Positions 38,911-56,508 of a stretch of 64,000 nucleotides of DNA are shown in pieces. How positions within the stretch are numbered: position 1 is the stretch's first letter; every line of letters begins with the position of its first letter. Origin of the DNA: Eledone cirrhosa (taxonomy: Eukaryota); contig OZ024748.1 in the NCBI GenBank assembly GCA_964016885.1, positions 42,346,001-42,410,000 of the forward strand. Reading direction: 5' to 3'. Below the pieces are notes generated by a model. The model searched no databases, was not told the origin of the DNA, and saw nothing but the letters and a program-made list of their open reading frames with translations. The position numbers and the translations under genes were made by a program.

Positions 38911-41817
38911 CTGTTTTTACGTCTGTTCTTCCACACTAGCATGGGTTAGACGGGTTGTCCTGTTATGGGCAGTGTCTGGCTGACTTTGTCTTGCTCATAT
39001 GAGAACTGATTCTGGCTTGATTTCTACAGCTGGATGCACTTCCTAACACCAACCTCATTTACAGTGAGTGCTGGGTGCTTTTTTTCCGTGGCGCCTACAC
39101 GTCAATTTTGCAGTGGAATGATATGGACCCCAGTCATTTCTACAGCTGAGTAAAATGGAGCAATGTGAAATAAAGTGTCTTGCTCAAGGAAACAACACGG
39201 CCAATGCTCTAACCACTAAACCATGTGCCCCCATATATATATATACACACACACACACATATGAGTGTGTATGTGTATTATGAGACAAATTAGTTTATGT
39301 GACTCAAGTCATGTGCAGGTGGGGTTCCTTTGACTGGATGATCTTCCTAACACCAACCATGTTACAGGGTAGACTGAGTGCTTTTTGTTATGTCACTGAA
39401 ACAACCATCCAACAGGGTGGACTGGGTGCTTGTTGTTGTGGCACCAGAATGCCCACATTACAGAGTGGACTGGGTGCTTTTTCTTATGTTACTAACATGA
39501 TCACCTTAGTGTAGACTGTGTCTTTTTTGTTATGTCACCAGAATGCCCACATTACAGAGTGGACAGGGTGCTTTTTGTTGTGGTACCAGAATGCCCACAT
39601 TAAGAGTGGACTGGGTGCTTTTTGTTGTGGCACCAGAATGCCCACATTACAGAGTGGACAGGGTGCTTTTTGTTGTGGCACCAGAATGCCCACATTACAG
39701 AGTGGACAGGGTGCTTTTTGTTGTGGTACCAGAATGTCCACATTAAGAGTGGACTGGGTGCTTTTTGTTGTGGCACCAGAATGCCCACATTACAGAGTGG
39801 ACAAGGTGCTTTTTGTTGTGGCACCAGAATGCCCACATTAAGAGTGGACTGGGTGCTTTTTGTTGTGGCACCAGAATGCCCACATTACAGAGTGGACTGG
39901 GTGCTTTTTTCTTATGTTATTAACATGACCACCTTACAGTGTAGACTGGGTGCTTTTTGTTATAGCCCCAGCACAACCACATTACAGAGTGGACTGGGTG
40001 CTTTTTGTTGTGGCACTCTATGGAGCGGTGAAGAGAAGATTAGTGCAGACAAGTGTGTCCTCTACCTGTTTGGTTCATTTCATTTCATGCACATGGGAAG
40101 GCAAGTTTTGTTTATATGTATGTATGTATATATGTGTGTATATATATTAATATATATCATCATCATCATTTTACGTCCGCTTTTCTCTGCTTGCAAGGGT
40201 TGGACGGGTTCTATTCAGCACAGCATCTCTCCACCCATCACGGTCCTTCGTCATCTCCTCCGTGAGCTTCAGCGATCTGAGGTCTGCTCTCACCACCTCC
40301 GCCCATGTTTTACGTGGTCTACCTCTACTGCGTCTTCCTTCTACTGGGATTTCTTGGCACTTCTTTACCCAGCGGTCATCCTCCATGCGCATCACATGTC
40401 CATACCATCTCAGCCTTCTCTCCTGCACACCACAACTTATCCCTCTTATACCCAGTTTCTTTCTCAACCTGTCTATGCTTGGTCGTTCATGCACATTCAA
40501 TGGAGCATACTTGCTTCATTTCTCTCCAGCTGTCCCATATCTTCTGCAGTTGCTGCCCATGTCTCACTATCATGCAGCATCACGCATCTCACACAGGCAT
40601 CATATAACCGTCCTTTCGTAAGCAGGGAGAAACCCTTCTTTGTCAACAGAGGGAGCAGCTCCCTAAACTTCTTCCAAGCCGTCCTTATTCTAGATACTAT
40701 GGCTTTGGAACCCCCCCCCCCCCCCCCTCCCATGCTAATCTGATCACCTAGGTACCGGAAGCTATCAACCACTTCTATAGAACCCACCTGCATTGGAAAA
40801 ATGAATCTATCACATTGATTACTACTGCCAACTTTCCCTGTACATCTATTGCATACGTAGTTTTCCCTACGTGTTAGTTTGCCTACTATCCCACTACATC
40901 TCTTGTGTACCCAAGATCTGCATTGCGTACATTTTATGGAATTTATGCCAGTTCCTTTCCTACATATGAAACATGGCCATTTTTCTGATGGAATCAGAGT
41001 ATTGTCCTCTCTTCTACTTATCAGCGCCTTTGTTTTAGCTATGTTCACTCTCAGGCCTCTTGATTCCAACTGCTGTTTCCATAGCCAGAATTTATTCTCT
41101 AGCTCCTTTACTGATTCTGCTATAAGAACCAGATCATCCGCATAAAGAAGTTCCCATGGGCACCCAGTCTTAAACTCCTCCGTTATGGCTTGGAGGACTA
41201 TAATGAACAAGAGTGGGCTAAGGACAGAACCTTGATGTACACCTACTTGTATTATATATATATATATATAAATATGTATGTGTATACATATATATATATA
41301 TATATCACAGAAAAAAGAGGATCAGTGTTGCGACGAAAGGAATTTATTGGACATATTACAATTGATTCTCGGGCGACCAGCTCAAGGCACGATTGATGTG
41401 GTGATCAAACCTGACTCTGAAATCGTACAGTCCTCAGATACGTCTCGATTCTACGAAGCAGATTTTCCTATTGTCCTTTGACATCAAATTCCTTCGTTTG
41501 TTGATTTAGATCCTGTTGTTGTCATTCCATGAGTGGTCAAGAATTGTACACGTCACCGGTATTTCTAGCCATTCATGGTTGCCCACATCTTGCTTCCTCT
41601 CGTTCTCCACCTGTCAATCAAAATTTATTCATATATCAGAATTACTACTGTAGTGGTAGAGGGGCTGTGATCTTGAACGGCTGGCATCACTTCGACGTCT
41701 TCATTGTCCCTAGGGGCCTTAGTCTACATCAGTCAGGTACACACCTGCAATTATGCTGTATGTGGCAGTCATCGTAAATAATGTTTGGCGGGAATTTTTT
41801 AAAAAACAAATCCTAGG

Positions 41818-43159
41818 GATATTTAGCATAACATTTGTAGGTCACAGCCTTAGAATACCTCCGCCATACATATTTAGCATAACATTTGTAGGACACAGCC
41901 TTAGAATACCTCTGCCATACATATTTAGCATAACATTTGTAGGACACAGCCTTAGAATACACTCCGCCATACATATTTAGCATAACATTTGTAGGACACA
42001 GCCTTAGAATACCTCCGCCATACATATTTAGCATAACATTTGTAGGACACAGCCTTAGAATACCTCCGCCATACATATTTAGCATAACATTTGTAGGACA
42101 CAGCCTTAGAATACCTCCGCCATACATATTTAGCATAACATTTGTAGGACACAGCCTTAGAATACACTCCGCCATACATATTTAGCATAACATTTGTAGG
42201 ACACAGCCTTAGAATACCTCCGCCATACATATTTAGCATAACATTTGTAGGACACAGCCTTAGAATACACTCCGCCATACATATTTAGCATAACATTTGT
42301 AGGACACAGCCTTAGAATACACTCCGCCATACATATTTAGCATAACATTTGTAGGACACAGCCTTAGAATACCTCCGCCATACATATTTAGCATAACATT
42401 TGTAGGACACAGCCTTAGAATACCTCCGCCATACATATTTAGCATAACATTTGTAGGACACAGCCTTAGAATACCTCCGCCATACATATTTAGCATAACA
42501 TTTGTAGGACACAGCCTTAGAATACACTCCGCCATACATATTTAGCATAACATTTGTAGGACACAGCCTTAGAATACCTCCGCCATACATATTTAGCATA
42601 ACATTTGTAGGACACAGCCTTAGAATACACTCCGCCATACATATTTAGCATAACATTTGTAGGACACAGCCTTAGAATACCTCCGCCATACATATTTAGC
42701 ATAACATTTGTAGGACACAGCCTTAGAATACCTCCGCCATACATATTTAGCATAACATTTGTAGGACACAGCCTTAGAATACCTCCGCCATACATATTTA
42801 GCATAACATTTGTAGGACACAGCCTTAGAATACACTCCGCCATACATATTTAGCATAACATTTGTAGGACACAGCCTTAGAATACACTCCGCCATACATA
42901 TTTAGCATAACATTTGTAGGACACAGCCTTAGAATACCTCCGCCATACATATTTAGCATAACATTTGTAGGACACAGCCTTAGAATACCTCCGCCATACA
43001 TATTTAGCATAACATTTGTAGGACACAGCCTTAGAATACCTCCGCCATACATATTTAGCATAACATTTGTAGGACACAGCCTTAGAATACACTCCGCCAT
43101 ACATATTTAGCATAACATTTGTAGGACACAGCCTTAGAATACCTCCGCCATACATATTT
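41818..43159. repeat. 51/52-bp minisatellite (~26 units) followed by (GAAAAA)n
   Basis: Unit atatttagcataacatttgtaggacacagccttagaatac(a)ctccgccatac. Confidence 0.96.
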
Positions 43160-44380
43160 CAAAAAGAAAAAGAAAAAGAAAAAGAAAAAGAAAAAGAAAA
43201 AGAAAAAGAAAAAGAAAAAGAAAAAAAATCTGTATTAAGAACGTTTTTAAATGAAAGCTTGCAACAACCTTTCAAACAGAAGGGCTATATCAAAGGTGTA
43301 TTCAACAAATAGACCGAAGTCTACACTCACACACTGGACTCAGGGAAGCGTGCATAGCCAAGACGCCGCACATATATAGACAGATGAGAAAAGAAAAATC
43401 CATAGAAAGTCATCCGTACCCCCACGCAGACATGCTCAGACAAATACATCGACTCAGGCATGCGCACACCCGTGCCCATGCATGTCTGTGTGGGCACACA
43501 TATATACATACATGCACTCGCGTGCTCCCACACCAGAGGCATATACTTGATGAGTACCCCCCATCCATCTTCACACGCGCAGCTGCACAGATGGTGCACA
43601 CAGTATTGTATGAGACAAGGCTTTTGAGGCTTTGACCCAACCCGATCACGTGGCGGTGTGAGTCCGAAGGTGCCTGCAGAATATGCCTAAATGTTACGGC
43701 AGCACAATATCCCTGCATTAATCGCATATAGCGTGGGTGGCACATATATAAAAAAAAAACCTCTATGTACATAACATAAAATAATGAAATAATATAGAAT
43801 AATAAAATAAAATAAAATAAAATAAAATACAATAAAATGCTGGAAAAAGAGAATGCATACATGACAAGGATGCAGAGGGGGACCTGGCATTATCGAGGTG
43901 TGCATAAAGTTGCATACAACACTTGGGGACTGTAGTGCAAATATTTATATGATATACATGGGGGCTGGTGATCTAAGGCAGTGGGTGGGAGCCTGCGCAT
44001 GATGCAGGTCTTGTGGCTTGTGGATAGATGTGGGCCGTGCGTGTGTACACAAACAAGTTATATATATTGTGGTTATGTGTAACATCCATTTCATAAAAGT
44101 ATATATAGGCATACGGCCTACCGCATATGGACGCTTTAAGAATCCAACACCAATTATATATACTAGCAGAAAAACCACCCTTTCGGTGGTTTTCTGCTAG
44201 TATGTGTAGTGTGTATATTGATATTTTACGCAAGTATATATGCATGTAGATATGATACATCAAATAAAATCGTAATTGACAATATCCACAGAAATTGAAG
44301 AGAGATTGTGCTACACTGTCTTATGTAATCAGTAACGTAATCCATGATACATGATATATGTATATATTTGTATATATATG

Positions 44381-44419
<39 letters not shown>

Positions 44420-44540
44420 ACACCCCACCCTCCCGCACCAAAATTAGACTTATTGTCCCCTGCTTTTGCTCTTTACCCTCTTTACTCTTTGTTCTTGAAT
44501 GTTTGGTTGGTAGAGTCCATAACACCAATCAAACCCCTTT

Positions 44541-44593
44541 TATAGCTCTGACGAATCCTACGGTTACGTAAGGAAGGAACATTGTAAGCCAAT
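44541..44593 (+). ncRNA. Hammerhead-like motif (GGAA variant), probably the pLTR of a decayed PLE
   Basis: gct-CTGACGA-atcctacg(gtta)cgtaaggaa-GGAA-cattg-TA-agc, ~40 bp before a (TA)n tract. Confidence 0.6.
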
Positions 44594-44633
44594 AAAAATC
44601 TTTTGATGTTGTAGACGCTCTTGTGTTCTTTAT

Positions 44634-45563
<930 letters not shown>

Positions 45564-45569
<6 letters not shown>

Positions 45570-45823
45570 AATGAGGTCGTGTAGGTGTCACGACGAAAAA
45601 AACACACAGTCCACGCTGTAATGAGGCCGTGTAGGTAACACGGTAAAAACCTCCCAGTCCACACTGTAAACGTGGTTGGTGTTAGGAAGGGCATCCAGCC
45701 GTAGAAAACCCGCCAGACAGTCCTATACGAGCAGGACAACCAATCTTGCCTCAAGTGGGAAAACTCCCGTCCGAACCCATGCAAGCGTGGAAGATGGACG
45801 TTAAATGATGATGATGATGATGA
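45564..45823 (+). mobile_element. RTE 3'UTR-only insertion
   Basis: Matches the 3460-3835 UTR; (GAT)n tail. Confidence 0.88.
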
Positions 45824-45840
45824 TATATATATATATATAT

Positions 45841-46600
45841 ATAAATAAATTATACAATTATCAAAGTTGTGTTCAAATCATTTAATAGCTGACAATCGTT
45901 TCTTCCAAACTCTCGTTTGGAGTCATCGGAGCATTATCAATGTTTGCACATATAATTAACCTCCTATTCAACTGAACAATAATATAGATACATATAAATT
46001 GATGTCGTGAGCAACAGTTTCGTATTTACAGGGTGGAATGGATGTGACATATATTTTACGAGAATTGTACAATAATTGTACAAACAAGCTTTGCTTGTCT
46101 CCTTCTCATGTATATGACTTACGCAGTCACACCATCCACACGCCTGCATATGATTTGTTATCGCACTCTTCCTTTCTCAATGCCTCTTTAATAATTGGAC
46201 TATTCCCTTGTTTTAACTGTTGCATGTATTCCACTCCGTGCTTTTGATTTTAATTTTAATTTTGATTTGAATTTGAACTTAAATGTTTGTACAATTATTG
46301 TACAATTCTCGTAAAATATATGTCACATCCATTCCACCCTGTAAATACGAAACTGTTGCTCACAACATCAATTTATATGTATCTATATTATTGTTCAGTT
46401 GAATAGGAGGGTAATTATATATACAAACATTGATAATGCTCCGATGACTCCAAACGATTGTCAGCTATTAAATGATTTGAACACAACTTTGATAATTGTA
46501 TAATTTATTTATTTAACTGCTCTGTAAAACAACTGATGTTCATACATTGAGGTATTTCTCTTACTGGTAATAAGGTAATTAAGAAATTACTGACCTTCCT
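45841..46600. mobile_element. Fold-back pLTR pair with CCGATGA hammerhead
   Basis: Arms ~45841-46086 and ~46284-46512; minus-strand taatgct-CCGATGA-ctccaaac(gaga)gtttggaa-GAAA-cgattg-TC-agctatta at 45883-45936; plus copy has a short deletion removing stem II 3' half. Confidence 0.8.
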
Positions 46601-46669
46601 GTTTATAGTTGTTTATACTATATACATAACTATAAATAGTATTATTATTATATATATATAGGTATATAG

Positions 46670-47487
46670 AGATGTATGACATAGATAATAACTGGAATTT
46701 CCTACGTGACAACTTGCTGCAGGCTACTGATGAAACTTGTGGCTGGAGCAGAGCTCCAACCAGACAGAGAGTGACCTGATGGTGGAACAGCACAGTAGAT
46801 AAGGCTATTAGAGACAAAAGACTAGCATGGAAGGCTTGGAAAAAGGGTGGGAGTAGGGAAGAATATACAGCCACTAAGAGAGAAGCTAGACGTCAGGTGT
46901 ACTTAGCACGCAGGGAGGCAGAGAGTAGGAGGTTTACCAATGTTCTGCGACGGGAAGATCAGAGGCGTGCGGTGTTCCACATTGCAAGGCAGTGTGTCAA
47001 TGCAAATCAGGATGTTGTTGGAGATAAATGTGTCCGGGATGATGCCGGTGTACTTAGTGTCACGAATGATCAGAAAAAGGAGGCCTGGAAATGTCATTAT
47101 GAGAGACTGATGAATGTGGAGAACAAATGGGAGAGAGAGAAATTACCCTTGGTAGATCTGACAGAGGGACCAGCTATTGAGATTGACGAATATAGGGTCC
47201 AAGAGGCGATTAGGGAAATGAAAAATGGTAAGGCTGCCGGACCATCGGGAATAGTTGCTGAGATGCTGAAGGCATCAGGGGACGTAAGCACTAAACTGGT
47301 TGCATGTATCATCAATCAGGCTATATATGGTGGTGTCATACCCAAAGACTGGTGCAGCAGTATTCTCATAAATTGCTATAAAGGTAAAGGGGATGCTCTG
47401 GAGAGGAGCAATTATAGGGGTATAAAACTGATAGATCAGGTTATGAAAGTGGCAGAAAGGATTTTAGCACAACTAATTAGAGAAAGG
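46670..47487 (+). mobile_element. RTE LINE internal fragment (divergent subfamily)
   Basis: GKAAGPSGI, KGKGDALERSNYRGIKL; ends abruptly at a PLE junction. Confidence 0.88.
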
Positions 47488-49079
47488 TTATACATTTCTT
47501 ATCTATACAGGGGGGTCTTTGAAAAGGGTATGTCTTGCTAATAAGTGTTTTTACGGAGGTACCTGGTCTTTCTACTATCTTAATATTGAGTTTATGTTTA
47601 TCTAGGGCCCTTCTAAATTTGTAAGCTAATTCACCTCTAGGGGTTGTATCGATGAACATTACACTCTAGTATTTATTGCTATCATACCATGAGTTTATTC
47701 TATTAGCCTTATTCCTAGTTCTTTCTATTCTATTCCAAAATTTGCTCCTATACAAGGGGCAGGTCCCATTTGTGTCATTATTTACCATTTTTTCCCATTT
47801 GGTTCTGGCTCCTCTATACACTCTGATTTTATCTCTCTGATTGTAACCAGAGAACTGCATATGGTGGATGAAGTGTTGTATGTGTCTCTCTAGTTCTTCG
47901 GGGTTGCACATGCGGGACACGTTTCTCATCACCCGTACCAAATCCGCAATCAGTATGTTGATTTTGGTATTGTCCGAAACAGCTGAGTTTCGGTGGATCA
48001 GATATTTGGAAGTCATGGGTTTGGCATAATGGGAATGGAGGATTTGTTTTTTGTTATTAATGGTATCTAACCAGAGCTCTGTGTCTAGTACAGGTAATCG
48101 ATGGTTGGGGTGTTTACTTGGGTAGTCTATAGTAACTCTAATACTCTGGTGGATGGAGTTAGCTATTTGCTGGATGCTCTCCATTGTGTTTTTCTCTAGT
48201 TCCTGACTGTTCTCTAGTGGGGGTGTTTTAACTACGATGTTTATATCATCAACATAGCGGGAGTACATTATCAGGGTTAAGGGGTCTTCTAATTGTTCTT
48301 TAAGTTTAAGTTTAAGTCTACTGTCCCACCATACCATGAATAAGTTAGCTATGTCGCCTGCAATGCTAACACCAATGGCTGCTCCTTTCTCTTGGGCATA
48401 TGTTTTTCCATTAAATTTGAACATATGTTCCTTAAGGGTTAATTTTATGCTGGCCCCCACCGCATGTGCAATCATTTTCTTTAGTTCATCGTGGTTTTCG
48501 GGTGTCCGTATGGCTCTGGTCCACCCGTTCCGTCTATCTATGTGGGTTTTCTTGGCCATTGAGGTAATGGTAGGTGGTCTGCCTCTTTGCTGGTCTTGTA
48601 GGGCACATGTTGCTAAGGTCATATGTGTCTAGGTAATTATTACTATAGGTAAGTTTAAGTAGGAGTCCCAGCTCACTGGTATCAATCCCATGGAACTCAA
48701 CATTGCTCTCACTGATCATTTCTACACATTTCTCCACAGCAAAATCCACGTCAATAGATGGATACAGGGACACAACATCCATACTGCCTATTATGCAGTT
48801 TGTTAGGTCTCTAGATCGGTTACCCTCGCCGATTCTGCTAAGGAGGTCCTCCGTGCTGTCACATACATCTGGGGACATTTCAATGATGGGGCGTATGATC
48901 AGGGAGAGGAAGTAGGACAGTCTGTAGTTACTAGCAATGTTAGCTCCACAGACTAGCCGTGTTGGTGGTCCCGTGACAGGGTCACTGCCCGTTTTATGGT
49001 CTTTTCGAAGCCCATACAACGCTGGCACGTCATTGTTCCAGGCCTGGAAGTTGTTGGCAGTCCTTTTGTTGGGCTGCAT
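47488..49079 (-). mobile_element. Penelope-like element, RT fragment (frameshifted)
   Basis: PALYGLRKDHK..PPTR, SMDVVSLYPSID, QEKGAAIG, YSRYVDD, LPVLD, YAKP, SGY motifs in ORFs 48534-49079 and 47666-48622. Confidence 0.88.
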
Positions 49080-49119
<40 letters not shown>

Positions 49120-49124
49120 CATTA

Positions 49125-49179
<55 letters not shown>

Positions 49180-49215
49180 GTATACATATATATATATACA
49201 TATACATATATATAT

Positions 49216-51470
49216 AGAACAGATAGAGACATTTAATGTAGAAGAGAACTGGGAGTTCCTAAAAAATAATTTACTAGAGGCGACGGATGAGGTTTGTGGC
49301 TGGAGTAAGACCTCAAGCAGGAGGAGAGTGACTTGGTGGTGGAACAATAAGGTAGATGAAGCAGTTAAGGCCAAGAGACAGGCATGGAAAGAATGGAAGA
49401 ATGGGGGGAGCAGGGTACATTACATAGAGACCAAGAGGGAAGCTAGGCGACAAGTATACTTAGCTAGGAGGGAAGCAGAGGATAGAAAATTCAAGCATGT
49501 TTTACAACGTGAGGACCAGAAACAGGAGGTATTCAAGATTGCGAGGCAGTGTGTCAGAGATAGTTGTGATGTCATTGGAGAGAAGTGTATCCGGAATGAT
49601 AAAGGTGAGCTTGCCCTCACAAGTGCTGAGAAGAAAGATGCATGGAAGAGACATTATGATAGATTACTAAATGAGGAGAATGCATGGGAAGAAGAGACCC
49701 TACTCCAAGTAGACCCTATAGAGGGACCAGCAGTACAAGTCAGCAGCAGCGTAGTAAGTAAGGCAATCAAAGATATGAAGATGGGGAAGGCAACCGGTCC
49801 ATCGGGTATAGCTGCCGAGATGCTGAAGGCATCTGGGCCTGTAGGTCACACTATAACCACACGTATCGTTAACCAGGTAATACTAGAAGGTGCCATACCA
49901 AAAGATTGGTGCAGTAGCATCATTGTCAACTGCTACAAAGGTAAAGGCGAGGCACTAGATAGAGGAAACTATAGAGGTATAAAGTTGATGGACCAGGTCA
50001 TGAAGGTAACAGAAAGAGTTATAGCACAGTTGATTAGGGACCGGGTGAAAATAGACGAGATGCAATTTGGGTTTGTACCAGGAAGAGGCACCACTGATGC
50101 CCTCTTCCTTGTGAGGCAGTTACAGGAAAAGTACCTAGCTAAAAGTAAGCCACTCTACTTGGTATTTGTCGACCTTGAGAAAGCCTTTGACAGAGTTCCA
50201 CGTGCTGTAATCTGGTGGGCTCTTAGAAAACTAGGAGTAGATGAATGGCTTGTGAAAGCGGTACAAGCCATGTATAGGGGAGCAGTCAGCAAAGTTAGGA
50301 TTAGCAATGAGTATAGCGAGGAATTTAGCGTACAGGTTGGGGTCCACCAGGGCTCTGTTCTTAGCCCTCTCCTGTTCATCATAGTCCTGCAGGCAATAAC
50401 GGAGGAGTTTAAGACCGGATGCCCATGGGAACTCCTGTATGCTGATGACCTCGCACTCATAGCTGAATCTATGGTAGAACTAGAGAATAAATTCCAAACT
50501 TGGAAGCAGGGACTAGAAAGAAAGGGTCTCAAAGTCAACATGACAAAGACTAAGGTCCTTGTAAGTAGACGAGAAAACAGAACCCAGATCCCCTCAGGGA
50601 AATGGCCTTGCTCAGTATGTAGGAAAGGTGTAGGTAGGAACTCCATTCTCTGCCCCAAATGCAAACATTGGGTACACAAGAGATGTAGCGGGATCTCAGG
50701 AAGCTTAATTAAGAATGTAGGATTCACATGCAGCAGCTGTGCTGAGACAGCCACAGAAAACAAGTACCACCAATCTCTGGGAGGGCCCTGTAGAAACAGT
50801 AGACAGCTTCTGCTACCTAGGTGGCCGAATTAGCAGCGGAGGTGGGTGTTCAGAAAGCACAATAACTAGGGTGAGAATGGGATGGAAGAAGTTTAGGGAA
50901 CTACTACCACTGCTAGCTGCAAAAGGCTTCTCCCTCAAAATGAAAGGCAGACTGTATGATGCGTGTATCCGAACAGCGATGTTGCATGGTAGTGAGACCT
51001 GGGCGCTGAAGGTGGAAGACTTACGTAGATTAGAGAGAAACGAAGCCTGCATGCTCCGATGGATGTGTAACAGTAATATACGTGAACGACAAAGCATAAA
51101 TGAATTGAGAGAGAGACTGAGCATAAGAGGAATCAAATGCTGTGTGCAGGAGAGGCGGTTGCGCTGGTATGGACATGTGATGCGTATGAAGGATGACAGC
51201 TGGTGGTCGTGGAGGTGCCACGGAAAAAAAGCACCCAGCCCACACTGTAAAGTGGACGTGTAGGCGCCACGAAAAAGCACCCAGCACTCACTGTAAATGA
51301 GGTTGGTGTTAGGAAGGGCATCCAGCTGTAGAAATCAAGCCAGATCAGTTCCTGTATGAGCAAGGCATGGTCAGCCGACCAGACACTGCCCACAACAGGA
51401 CAACCCGTCTAACCCATGCTAGCGTGGAAGAACGGACGTAAAACGGTGATGATGATGATGATGATGATGA
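49216..51470 (+). mobile_element. RTE-clade LINE, 5'-truncated, frameshift and 3' internal deletion
   Basis: ORFs 49124-50833 and 50739-51263; same subfamily as 240-1491; (GAT)n tail. Confidence 0.95.
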
Positions 51471-51491
51471 TATACATATACATATATATAC

Positions 51492-51554
<63 letters not shown>

Positions 51555-51583
51555 AATATATATATAAATATATATAAATATAT

Positions 51584-52114
51584 ATAAATCAGGAAAGAAG
51601 GTTTACATGGTTTGCTATACAGAAAAGTTTTTAATCACATAGCTTACATTTGTTTCACTGAACTGGTATGTCTAGAGATCGCTATCCGCCTAAATTTTGC
51701 GTCACTCGATCGCCAATACAGAATTATAACCAGTCAGATCTTCGGAGCATGCGAGAATGAAGAAAATACACAGGCAAGAAAAGAAAAGAAAATATGGAGT
51801 AGTTATGGCATTCAATTAGAACAATAACAACAACAATTATTACAACAATGCTATCAATAAACTATTTAAGGAGACCCTGACATTACTTAGGTGGGGGGTA
51901 TATAATGTATCTAATGTTACGGCGTGAAAACCAGCTGTCATAAGGCAAAAAGTATCGTAGTGTGTATTAATTTTAAATTATAAAGATAAGCTAGTTTTTA
52001 CAGTCTTTCTACAGTATACATGAGTGGGACCACTGTCAAAGCTCAATAGTTGTAGAGTTAATACAGAGGTTAACGAATTAATATACGCATATATCTACGC
52101 ACACACACACACAC

Positions 52115-52157
<43 letters not shown>

Positions 52158-52818
52158 AATATATATAAATATATATCCACCGCGGGTTCTTTTAAGAAAA
52201 GATGGTATGTGCACAGGCACTCAATGAAAAACCGAGCACTTATGGGTTCCACCACCCTCGCCAGAAAAATAAGGGAATTGAAGGACAGCAACGCTAGCTA
52301 CACTATCAACTGGTCGAAGTTGTCGGCTGCTAAAACCTATAGTACAGGTATGTCCTATTGCGGGCTGTGTCATCTTGAGCTATTGTATATCCTTAGAAAT
52401 GTTAAAAGGCTACTTAATAATAAGTTAGAAAGATCTATCTTCTGCAGACATAGAATAGCCACTAAATTCATAAGATTCAAACCTCCGTGAATCGAACCAA
52501 CATAACATAGCTTTAAATTAGGATACCTACTACCCACAGAAATATATTCATTAAGTATACTATTTCCTTCACAAGTCTATACCACACAATTGTCTGTAAA
52601 TACCTCATCTACCAACAATCTTACTCCTTCTCAGCTGCTGCAATCATTTGATCCTAGATCCTAGTTTTTCTCATTTCACTACTACAATGTTACTTTACCT
52701 TCTTTTTGCCATAATTACAATTAGCACGCTTTTCTCTTTGCATGTATGTATATTTTTGTACGAGTGTATATTGATGTGTATGTATGTGTCTATGTACACA
52801 TATATGTGTATATATATT

Positions 52819-52850
<32 letters not shown>

Positions 52851-53545
52851 CGTGTGTGTGTGTGCGTAGATATATGCGTATATTAATTCGTTAACCTCTG
52901 TATTAACTCTACAACTATTGAGCTTTGACAGTGGTCCCACTCATGTATACTGTAGAAAGACTGTAAAAACTAGCTTATCTTTATAATTTAAAATTGATAC
53001 ACACTACGATACTTTTTGCCTTATGACAGCTGGTTTTCACGCCGTAACATTAGATACATTATATACCCCCCACCTAAGTAATGTCAGGGTCTCCTTAAAT
53101 AGTTTATTGATAGCATTGTTGTAATAATTGTTGTTGTTATTGTTCTAATTGAATGCCATAACTACTCCATATTTTCTTTTCTTTTCTTGCCTGTGTATTT
53201 TCTTCATTCTCGCATGCTCCGAAGATCTGACTGGTTATAATTCTGTATTGGCGATCGAGTGACGCAAAATTAGGCGGATAGCGATCTCTAGACATACCAG
53301 TTCAGTGAAACAAATGTAAGCTATGTGATTAAAAACTTTTTTGTATAGCAAACCATGTAAACCTTCTTTCCTGATTTATTATTACTCCAAGTGTTTACAA
53401 CATAGGAATTACAGCATACCCGCAGCATCACTATGAAAACGCCTTGTTGAGTCAAACCAAGCCAAGCGTTAATATCATCCACTACCTGGAATACCATAAC
53501 TGGACTTCACCTAAGTGGACTGCATTTAACTATTATTTGTTAATC
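51584..53545 (+). mobile_element. 5'-truncated PLE with inverted pLTR and GIY-YIG C-terminus
   Basis: ~520-bp arms (51584-52100 and 52862-53380); ORF 52209-52490 resembles the C-terminus of 54066-55007; hammerhead CCGAAGA..GAAA-caaatg-TA at 53213-53325 (+) and 51638-51751 (-). Confidence 0.85.
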
Positions 53546-53548
53546 CGT

Positions 53549-53585
<37 letters not shown>

Positions 53586-53592
53586 CATTTAC

Positions 53593-53669
<77 letters not shown>

Positions 53670-53674
53670 TATAT

Positions 53675-56485
<2,811 letters not shown>

Positions 56486-56508
56486 CATATATATATACAT
56501 ATATATAG

